Shown here piece by piece: positions 39,490 through 50,076 of a stretch of DNA of 64,000 nucleotides; within the stretch, counting starts at the first letter, position 1; every line of letters begins with the position of its first letter. The position numbers were made by a program, and so were the translations under genes. Source of the stretch: Nemertoderma westbladi (taxonomy: Eukaryota; Animalia; Xenacoelomorpha). The notes beneath the pieces are model-generated. The model did no database searches. It saw only the letters and a list, made by a program, of their open reading frames with translations, and had not been told where the DNA came from. The stretch covers positions 57,788 to 121,787 of the forward strand of contig JAUCBJ010004470.1 of assembly GCA_032718475.1 (NCBI GenBank), in the 5' to 3' direction.

Positions 39490-42330
39490 TGTGATATGAT
39501 GTCGATAAGGATAACTGATATTTTCATCTTGCCACCATATTTTTGTTTCCCATAGTTTTAATGATTTTTGTGTATTCGAGCTGTTTTTACTTGATGTTTA
39601 TCGGATCTAAATGCATTAGTAAACCGAAACAGCTTAGTTTCATTATATTAGCAATCCAAATAATCTTGATGTGATATTTGTTTTGCTACAACACTTTTTG
39701 AAACACCTTTGCATGTATTTTTCTTAGGAGCATCATATGCTTCGAATGAGTATACCTTTGGTTTAAAAAAACCCAAGATTTGTAGAGTGAGCGTTTTGAT
39801 TCATCTTTCAAATAACCTAATGATGCTTTATGTATATAGTACAGTATATACAGGATGTGAAGTATCATAATTTGATGTATCTAGAAACCCACCTTTAAAC
39901 ATTGCTGTTAAGAATTTATCATGTTAAGTATTTGTTACACTAAGCATAAGACTATCAGTATCTCCACCATAAAGCTTGATTTAAAGTGACAGCTTCCTTA
40001 CAAAATGTATGCCCAGATAAATTTGGTGAAAATACAATAAATGACTCGTGGTTTGATTTAGCGAGCAATTTATCGCATTCTTCACTCGATGTTGCTAACC
40101 TAAAATTTATTCTATTACGTACTTTTTGCAAACATTTTCCATAAAGAGCATTATTAAATAGCTTATAGAACAACACTTCGAACGGGTTTTTTTGCAGATT
40201 GTAGCTTATTTTGTGTTAAAGGATATATAATCACTAAATATTTTACCCCTAAAAATTATGGATTTTTGTACTTTTGGGTCCAATTTTTAGGTAAAATTGC
40301 AACAATTTAATGTAAACCCCATATTCATATTTAGGGAATTGATGGAGTAAAAGCTTAGTTGATACATCATTATATTTTTTTAAAGAAACATCGTCTCTGA
40401 TGTTATAATGCTCCCACTGATTTTTCATATGTGGACTGAGAAGAGAAGATGGTACACTCATCTTCTCAGGACCCATGGGAATAGATATTTGAATCATTCA
40501 ATAGTTTAGTAGAAATGCCTGTGAATTTTAGAGCAGCATCATATGTTAAACCAGATGCTGTATATAAGTGTAATTGTTCTAGACCATAGTTTTTAAGGCA
40601 GAGTTGACAAAATTCTTCAAATATGTCAGTTAAGAGAGTAATATCGAGACATAGATAGCACATTAGATAGTCATAAATTGTTTGACATTGAAGCTCATCC
40701 CACGTTGTTAGAGCATGTTGGTAATCCCCTGTGGTATAATCGTATAGTTTAAGATCATTATAAAAGTCAACAATTGGAGGTAGTTGGGTTTCATGAAGGT
40801 TAGAAATATTTTGAATATAGCTATAGTAAAAAATGCAGTGCGTTTGTGATACGTTTTTGGAGAAATTTAGGGTCTGATGTTCCAGAATAGTCTCTATATC
40901 AGAGTAGATGCAGAAAGGAGGAGAAATAATTTTATTGAGTCTATTAAATTTTAGAGTTAGTTTGTCATCTGTAGGCATCTGTTCAACTTGTCGTCTAGCA
41001 GAATAGCAAAGGTTACGATATGTTTGTACAGCATTTAATGAATAATAAGGTCGCGTGCAATGCTAGCAGAAAAACAAACGATTATATGACCCTGTACTTA
41101 TGTTAAATATATGACCTAAATTTGATACTGCTGAAAACTGGCTTTACAACTATTAGCATTATCAACAAAAAGTAGAGTTAATACAGTTTTATTTAAGTAA
41201 TGATATTTGTCAGGTTGGCACAATGTTGTAACCGATTTTGTGTTTTCATGCCAGAGGAATATGTTTATACTGTACAATACTTAATATTATCTTTTTCAAA
41301 TTGACTGATACTTGTTTTTATATCTATTGGGAATGTGAGAGATGAAAAATTTATTTCATTAAGATATATATATAATATGGTGTAAAGGTTGATATTCTAG
41401 TTATACTTATATTATGTCTATTCCTTATCAATTTTATGTTGGAAGGCTGTAGCTAATACTGCATACTTAAAACATTGACCTAATGGACACTCGACATTTA
41501 TAGTATATGTTTTATTAGCTAAATATTTTGGAATGTTGCAGCCATGATCTTTAAAATATGCATTGCGATTAGAGGCAGAAATTTGAATATTTATCCTATC
41601 TATATGTACTATCCGCCAACCAGAACCCATATTAACAAAACTCACAACAAGCTCAACAAACTATCCTACTGACAGCCTTTTGGTAACAACGATCAAAGTC
41701 ATATTCTGATGAAATTTCATTAGTTTCCCCAGACGATTTGAAACAAAATGTTTCCATTTGAAGCCCTTCAATTTGTTCCCATTCTAAAATTAAAAAAATT
41801 GATATTCAAACTTTAATAAAAAAAAACCTAAAACTGGTCATATGTTGACTTACCCTCCCACCCTCCCACATGTGGCATTTTATCGTTTAATGTGTCTTCT
41901 ATATATAGATGAGTTGTTGTTAGTTTGTTTGAATATTCAAACAACCTGTTGTGTGCAGAGTTGCAATTTCCTCAAACTGGTTTGAGGTAGTAGAAGAAGG
42001 TCCAGCTCCAATTTGATTAGATGGTATTGATATATGGATTGAAGATGGAGATGCAGGTTGAAGAGTGTCTTTATTTTTAAGTTTGTGTGAGAACAATTGA
42101 GTATAACAAGAATGGTGTTTAAAGGCAGAGAGTGAAAGCCTCTCCACATTTACAGTCTGGTGTTTCATTAACAAACGTAAAGCCAGTTCCCCCTTCTTGG
42201 CAAACAGATAGATGATTCATGGCCCTTTTCTTTTCGGATGTGAAGATGTTGCAGTTGTCGCATTGATATTGTTTGAAGTGAGATCGGAGATTGGAGATGG
42301 CGATTGAGATTGTCAGATCTCATTTTCACA
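39490..42330 (-). pseudogene. Protein-primed family B DNA polymerase (Polinton/Maverick/adintovirus type), heavily decayed and internally deleted
   Basis: In order on the minus strand: Cys/His finger-like N-terminus, GSGW, N.....CFKYAVLA, PFCIYSDIET (Exo I), LPP...FYN.L, YL.LD..LL.DIFE.F...C...YGL, YTASGLTYDAALK, KLFNNALYGK, TDSL, GYLKDE. Ends approximate. Confidence 0.85.
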
Positions 42331-42649
42331 ACTAGGAAAAGCGATAATTTTTTAAGACATAGGTATTGTGGCTTTTTTAAGAGTTGAATTTTCGGTGTAA
42401 TAACTTTTCAGTAAACAGTGACAAATAATAATAAATTTGTAGTTGAGGTTTGAGTTTAGTTATTGATGCAGAATAACTTGGTTGAGATTGAAGTAAAGAC
42501 TTGAAAGTTATGAATATTTGAGTGTGAGTTGTTGATGAATAATTCAAGTATGATCATATTAAATTATGTAAAATAAATTAATGCACACGATTTCTACTGA
42601 AGTTAAGTTGAATGCAAAAAGTTGTGGTGATGTTTTATTATTATAGTAT

Positions 42650-44210
42650 ATGGTCCCATATGTCCCATATAGGGTGTTTATGTCCCATACAGGGAGTTTT
42701 TGTCCCAAATAGCATGTAACATTCTCAAAATGATTTTACATAGTTTATAAATATAATGAAATACTCTAAGAAAATAGAATCCACTATCATAGCTTTAATT
42801 TAAATTTGTCCCGTTGTTTCTGTCCCATATAGGGTGTTTGTGTGCCAAATAGCGCATGACTTTCTCAAAATGATTTCACATAGTTTATAAATATAATGGA
42901 ATACTCAAAATAAAATATAATTCACTATCATAGCTTTAATTTAAATTTGTCCCAAATAGGTTGTTTGTGTCCCATATAGGCTGTTTGTGTCCCGTATAGG
43001 GTGTGAAGTGCTTATAATGATTTCAAATAGTTTCGAAATGTAATGGAATACTCAAAAGAATATAGAATTCATTCACTATCATAGCTTTCATTTAAATCTG
43101 TCCCAAATAGGTTGTTTGTGTCCCATATAGGGTGTTTGTGTCCCATATAGGGTGTTTGTGTCCCAAATAGCGTGTGACTTTCTCAAAATGATTTTAAATA
43201 TTTCTAAATCTCATGGAATACTCAAAAGAATATAGAATTCACTACCATAGCTTTAATTTTAATTTGTCCCAAATAGGTTGTTTTTGTCCCATATAGGGTG
43301 TTTGAGTCCCGTATAGGGTGTGAATTGCTTATAATGATTTTAAATAGTTTCGAAATGTAATGGAATACTCAAAAGAATATAGAATTCACTACCATAGCTT
43401 TATGTTCAATTTGTCCCAAATAGGTTGTTTTTGTCCCATATAGGTTGATTTTTGTGCCAAATAGCGTATGACTTTCTCAAAATGATTTTAAATAGTTTCT
43501 AAATATAATGGAATACTCAAAAGAAAATATAATTCACTATCACAACTTTAATTTAAATTTGTCCCAAATAGGTTGTTTGTGTCCCATATAGGTTGTTTGT
43601 GTCCCATATAGGGTGTGAAGTGCTTATAATGATTTCAAATAGTTTCGAAATGTAATGGAATACTCAAAAGAATATAGAATTCACTATCATAGCTTTCATT
43701 TAAATCTGTCCCAAATAGGTTGTTTTGTGTCCCATATAGGTGTTTTTGTTCCATATAGAGTGTTTGTGTCCCAAATAGCGTGTGACTTTCTCAAAATGAT
43801 TTTAAATACTTTCTAAATCTCATGGAATATTCAAAAGAATATAGAATTCACTACCATAGCTTTAATTTCAATTTGTCACAAATAGGTTGTTTTTGTCCAA
43901 TATAGGGTGTTTGAGTCCCGTATAGGGTTAAATAGTTTCTAAATGTAATGGAATACTCAAAAGAATATAGAATTCACTATCATAGCTTTCATTTAAATCT
44001 GTCCCAAATAGGTTGTTTGTGTCCCATATAGGGTGTTTGTGTTCTTATATAGAGTGTTTGTGTCCCAAATAGCGTGTGACTTTCTCAAAATGATTTTAAA
44101 TAGTTTCTAAATCTCATGGAATACTCAAAAGAATATAGATTCACTACCATAGCTTTAATTTTAATTTGTCCCAAATAGGTTGTTTTTGTCCCATATAGGG
44201 TGTTTGACTG
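42650..44210. repeat. Satellite of about 140-167-bp units, each with 20-bp subrepeats (tgtcccatatagggtgtttg)
   Basis: About 10 units of tgtcccaaataggttg...ggaatactcaaaagaatatagaattcactatcatagcttt; two subtypes are interspersed. Confidence 0.95.
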
Positions 44211-44211
44211 T

Positions 44212-45050
44212 ACCTTGACGAACTCCGTTCGTTAACATAAATGACTAGGAGTGGAAGCTGTTCCAGCGGACGCAACATGTTTGATTACTATAGATCCATA
44301 GCAGGGTTCGTAAGAAAAAAGGAGAAAACCCCTTCTTAATAAGTTCCAGAAATAGCTTGCACCATTCAACCATATCGAAGGCTTTCGATAGATCGAGAAG
44401 ACATCCAAATACAGGAGTTGCGTTTCTCGAATAGAAACCGAGAACCTCTGTAGCCGCCCAGGTACATTGGGACGTACTGGAACCACTTTGGAACCCGAAT
44501 TGCAACTCATCCAAATGTAAGCACTCAGCCTGCGAGATCTGCATGACCCACTCAAACAACTTAATCAGGAGGGAGGATAAAGCAATAGCCCTGTAATTAC
44601 TGGAAAGGGAATCGTCACCTAATTTATATTTTATCAAAGGAATAATGACACACGTCAGTAAGAACTGTGCAACAAAGCCATGAATGAGAAAACTGTTGAA
44701 CAAAACACTTAAATGTGAACATAATTCTCGAGGACCATTGATCAGGCAATCAGAATCAAAAGTTACGTCTGTTTTAGAGCTTTTTAGCCTACAGTATGTA
44801 GACCTTCACTGACCAAATCCCGAGTGATATTGCGGGAAATCAGCTGAATCACATCCTTCAAGTTTATCGGAAATCTGCGATCTTAAGAATTCTAAATCGG
44901 AATCATACGGTTGATTATATAGGTCTGAATATATACTGGCGAATCGGTCGGCTATCGATTGTGGGTCTGTACAACCATCAATGGTCGAAGTCACAGTGTT
45001 CGGTGTGGATCTAAGTTTCTTTATTTCTTTAAATATATCACTATTATTCC
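44212..45050 (-). mobile_element. CR1/L2-group LINE RT fragment
   Basis: IIPLIK...SSNYRAIALSS...LQFGFQ...ST...CLLDLSKAFDMV...C.VRWN...NGVRQG. Confidence 0.85.
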
Positions 45051-46779
45051 TTAATTTTCTTCCTTAACGAACGCAACGAGGCACAAGAAGAGGACGAGTA
45101 TTGTGTTGAAGACTTCTGACTAACGGCAGACAACTCGTTAATGGTAGCCATATGCTAAAGGCTTTGCTCACTTCGTGCTGTGCGAAGACCCCACGAACGT
45201 GTTTATTGGTGTATACGTTATTCGCATCGTACTTGGAATGACCCTACTGTATTGGTGAGATAGTACAATTGTACTAGTGAATATCAGAACAATATACTGT
45301 ACATTGTAAGTTAAACCAATCATTCTTATTCATGACACTACCTCTGGGGTCTTCTACATACGGTATCCTCGACTGGTAAAATCCGACGGCAGGTTCCCTG
45401 AACGAAACCGGAGGTCTAGTGGGAAGGGAGGTCGATATTCAGCTAGCGGAACACTCAGGAATCGGATACGACATTCTCACCACACATGACGGAATTCCCT
45501 TACAAGTATGAACGGTATGTTCTTACGTAAACGTACAGTATACTCACAACTAATCTATTGCGTGCATTCAGAAACACATTGTTCATTCCTCATTATAGCT
45601 CTGTAACAACAAATAGCAGAACATACAGTAATTAAGTACTGTATAATGCACGGTAGGCTAATTAAGCTACAGTATTACACGCATAATTAGCGTTGTTATG
45701 TTGTTTTATATTAAAGCAATGATGATAATTGTAATTGTAATGTAATGAGTGTAATTGTTGCATGTTATTTATCAACGTGTCTACAATGATTACCCATAAT
45801 GCGTGGAACAAAACCAATGTAACATTACGAATGCAGCTGTGGATTGCGCAACAGTCTAATTCCTCTTTATATATACGTACTGCAATAGAATGCTAGACTT
45901 TACTGTTAAGTTAAGTAAAGTTTTAAAAGTTAAGTTATATAAAATTAAAGTTATAGGTGGACCAAGGACGTGAGACGCGAAAACAGGAGACAAATTGAAG
46001 GGCTCTTTTCTCATGGCTGTTATTTGCAAGGCATCAGACCGCCACAATAACTCCCAAGGTTGAACACCCCATAACTATCCAACCCTTTCTTTACTCCCCC
46101 AGCAGAAGCCAGGTTCCCATTGTCCGGCAGATATATCTTTATTACTGTACACCATGCATGACCCATAATATACTGTAGCGTCACTTTCTGATAATACGGA
46201 CCCCCCCCCCCCCCCCCCCCTCCACCCCCCAATTTCTACAAATCGTATCACATTCCGTGAAATTTGCCGTCGAGGATCCCTTGAAGCTGGAATTTTCAAT
46301 TTTGTTTTGAAATTTTTTTTTAAGCATTCAAGCTAAATAGAAAAGTGTCTTTTGCGAAATCACAACATTCGTATCACTGCCATGCAAATTATATTTATAT
46401 TCATTATTCAATTTAATAAAATTATAACTGTATGTATAAACGTATTTAATAATTCTATACTAGGTGTTGGGGAAATTTTGAGCAGTCCAGTACCTTTAAT
46501 AGGGCTAAACTTAAGTTACTGTAGGTCCGTTTCCGGTACACCACACAGTACAGTAGGTATCCATCACTTATTTTACAGAGTTGTTACCGTAGCGTAGCGA
46601 ATAAAGAATTTAGCAATAAACAAAGCGGCCCACGGAGGGAAAACAACCCAGATTGGCAACCCAAGAACAACAATGGTTGATTTGGTCGGTACCAAATGTA
46701 AAGGAATTAATATCACCCATTAAACCACACGGGAAGCTTAGGTGCAATGTACCGTAGGATCCCCGTGTAACATACAGAG

Positions 46780-46975
46780 AAAGGCCAGGTTTGGCAGCTG
46801 TACATTAATCAGCTGACTCAGACCCTGAGCCAATCAGAGCCTCAGCTGTGGAGCCCAGTAATGTAGATATTGGATAGATACAATCATAAATAAGAATGGT
46901 GCAAGTCTGACTCCCAGGAGGGCTCCCAATAACACTTTGAATGGTTCTGTTTCACCATCAACAGTAGACAAAAAT
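46780..46975 (-). mobile_element. RTE LINE fragment, downstream half of the copy split by the BEL element
   Basis: STVDGETEPFKVLLGALLGVRLAPFLFMIV continues the RTE sequence at 58806-59320 across the insertion. Confidence 0.75.
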
Positions 46976-47639
46976 TGAGATGGGATCGGAGATCCTGACC
47001 GGGTTAGAAATGTACGCGTCACCGTTCTGCTGGGCAGTCGTGCTAGTTGCTTTGGCCGAAGGCCGTTGGGGAAAACAATAAGAGTTTCTGTTGTTTCTCA
47101 ATATTGATTAACGTAAACGATAATAGCATGTCGGTAGTGATACAGTTGTAATAGCAGAAAAATACAGATTAATTGCTCTTACTGGCGGTGACGGTCATTA
47201 ACTATGACCGGTCTGCACTGACTGGATAACTGAATCAACTGACCGGTAAATCAGTAATGTAGGATAATATATGGTTAACACACATGGATATTGATTTCAC
47301 CTCTTACTGTACTTTGGCCCTCTGTACCCAATGGATGCTTTCCTATCTCTAATCACGTGCTTCCCTCCCCACTATTGGCTAATATACTAATTGTCACTTT
47401 GGCACTCCCTGTGAGTGTTTCCCCCTGCTGCTAGCCTCTACTAGCTGTATTCCCTCCGAGGTGGTTTAACCTCTCACCTCTCTCTGTGGCTTTGGGACTT
47501 GTGTCGCCCCCCCCCCCTCCCCCAAATGTTGGTTATGAGACGAGATTAATATTGGTAATCTCATATCCCCAACATATTGCTAAAATGCCACTGGTCCCAT
47601 TTTGTGGTGGGTAATGAAGCAGAATTGAATCCGCTTACA
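46976..47639 (-). repeat. 3' LTR of the BEL/Pao element
   Basis: Direct repeat of 58145-58805; element sense TGTAA...TCTCA. Confidence 0.93.
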
Positions 47640-47650
47640 CTCCCCCCCAT
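47640..47650 (-). promoter_or_regulatory. Polypurine tract
   Basis: Minus strand ATGGGGGGGAG directly abutting the LTR TG. Confidence 0.85.
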
Positions 47651-47682
47651 GCTATCTTCCCGGTGAGAAGATAGCATTAACC

Positions 47683-48860
47683 TTAAGTGCCGTAATCCTC
47701 CCCCCTTATGTCCGCCTCTCTCTCGTCTGCTTCCCTCCTTTCTCGCCTGGCAACTTCTTCCAGATGCTTGTCCTCGACTCTATCTGCTTCTAGCTTCTCC
47801 CATCTCTTGTATGGTGTATCCACCTCTCTGTCTACTAGGTGCCGGCTGTTGTAGTACACCGACTCACCCTTCAGCTCCAGGTGGTCTACCAGACCTTTGA
47901 AGGCCACCTTAAATGCTCTTCTGTAGTTTAGAGGTGCTCCTGATAGCAGAATCGCCGTTGGCTCTCTTCTGATAACCACGGCCATGAATAGGTTTAGTAA
48001 ACCTATCATTATCCATCCTCCTGTAGAATATATCTCTTCTGATATATCTTTATCGCTCCTCTTCGGAACTGATACACCTCCGGTTTCCCTGGCCTCGCTC
48101 CCCACTTCAGCGAGTTCGCCAGCTCCACTCTGTACTCCTCCCGGAATTTACCCCAGTCCATTGGCTTGTGGCAGACGAGCCCCATGAGCTGACCCATCGC
48201 CACTGCTCTGCAATGTCCTGTGTTCTCTACCAATCCCAACCTGTCTGGCCCTGTCATTGCCATGTAGACCGCTTACATGTCCAGGATGTTGGGGGTCTCC
48301 AGTCCGACGATCCTCTCCGCATCGTCGCGGATCACCAATCCCACCTTTACCGTAGTCTTCTCCCTTACTAGGTCCTGCACCGCCCTTGGCAACCGGTTTA
48401 AATTAGGCCCGCTCTTCTTCCCGTAGTTTCCTAGATTGAATAGAAAGATTTCTCCATTTGGCGCTGCCAAAAGCAGTAGTATGGTTCTAGCCGATCCCGC
48501 CGACCCTCTTCTCGAGCCCTCGTCATCCTCCACAGTCCCCTCGTCATCTAGGACCACGTATCCGCCCCTATTCACAGACTCTACAAACCTCCTCCAGTCC
48601 TTTCTCGGTGGTTCCCTCGGATACTTCGGTATCCCAAACTTCGCTTCGTCTCCCTTCACTACATAGCGAAAATGGTCGAGGATCGCGTTATCCAGCAACG
48701 GTGTCCCGTAGGTCCCGACCAGTCATCTCTCGTGCATCTCCCTTAAGTGGTCCTGCAGCGCTCGCGCTTTGTGACCCTTTGCTAGTGGCTTGTAGTATCC
48801 CCTTGTCTTCTCTTCCGGATGCCTAGTATCTCCTTTCCACTCCTCTCCGTCTTTCTCATC
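47683..48860 (-). pseudogene. Extra ORF of the BEL element: DEDDy 3'-5' exonuclease (WRN/EXD/mut-7/RNase D-like), with in-frame stops and a 1-nt deletion
   Basis: Exo I YVVLDDEG; ILLLLAAPNGEIFLFNL; LPRAVQDLVREKTTVKVGLVIRDDAERI (Exo II); NILDM. Exo III YQKRYILQ(D) is restored by one T insertion near 48018, which also joins the frame ending at 47683. Start position approximate. Confidence 0.8.
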
Positions 48861-49522
48861 TTAACTAGTCTCTCCGCCATTACGAACTTCCTCGCTCGCT
48901 CACCTTCTTGGTGGTGCCTTACCAAAGGCTCAAGTAGATGAGTGACGTTTAGTAAGATGGTCTGTGTTAGTTCAGTAATGGCCTATCCCTTATGAATCCT
49001 AATTTGTACTATATTTTTACCTATATGTACCCCAAAGTGCCAACTTTTCCTAAATTTCCAAAATCTGTCCATTACTTTAGTTATAATTCTAGAATCCTCT
49101 ACCTACTGTTACAATAATTTGTCAGATTTTACTTCTAATACTATTTTATTCTCTGCTAGTGTGCTATTATCGGTTATGGCGGGTTATTTTTACTTAGATA
49201 ACCCCTATAGTTTGTATACAGGGAAAACTAGCTATTCTCTACTGTGCTACTTTCGTACCAGGCAACCTCCTGGCCCTGTATCAAACACCCTAAACTTACT
49301 CTATGGGACGTGCAGTACAGTAGTCTGTCTCGTGCGGCCTACATGTTCTATCCTGCTGTACCCACGTGCCCCCCTCTCCCTTTCGTGGTGCTCTCAATGT
49401 CCACAACCTCTACGGTACTACGTACCCTACTATTACTCTTATGGTATATCTATATACCATACTCTCTACTCTCTTACTACTAACTTTTACTAACTCTACG
49501 AACTCTAACTTCTAACTCTAAT

Positions 49523-49995
49523 GGTACTATGTACCCTGCCACTACTCTCGTGGTATGTTTATATACCACACTCCCTAACATCTAACTGCCTACGGTACTA
49601 TGTACCCTACTACTCTCGTGGTATGTCAATATACCACACTCCCTAACTTCTAACTGCCTACGGTACTATGTACCCTGCTACTCTCATGGTATGTCAATAT
49701 ACCACACTCCCTAACTTCTAACTGCCTACGGTACTATGTACCCTACTACTCTCGTGGTATGTCAATATACCACACTCCCTAACTTCTAACTGCCTACGGT
49801 ACTATGTACCCTGCTACTCTCATGGTATGTCAATATACCACACTCCCTAACTTCTAACTGCCTACGGTACTATGTACCCTACTACTCTCATGGTATGTCA
49901 ATATACCACACTCCCAAACTTCTAACTGCCTATGGTACTATGTACCCTACTACTCTCATGGTACGACAATGTACCACACTCCCTAACTTCTAACT
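49523..49995. repeat. 68-bp tandem array (about 7 copies), two hairpins per unit, inside the BEL element
   Basis: Unit ggtactatgtaccctactactctcgtggtatgtcaatataccacactccctaacttctaactgcctac; starts at 49594, 49662 and 49730 give the 68-bp period. Confidence 0.95.
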
Positions 49996-50076
49996 ACTTA
50001 CTTAGTGCTACATACTATCTATTACTAATACTTTCTAACTTTCTACTAACTCACTTCTTATTTTATTATTTGTTTA

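Noticed and set aside
45050-46000. Possible solo LTR or terminus of another retroelement
   Set aside because: No partner repeat, TSD or PBS/PPT could be defined in the window.
49523-49995. Palindromic repeat array resembling CRISPR
   Set aside because: No unique spacers, no cas genes, eukaryotic LTR-element context.
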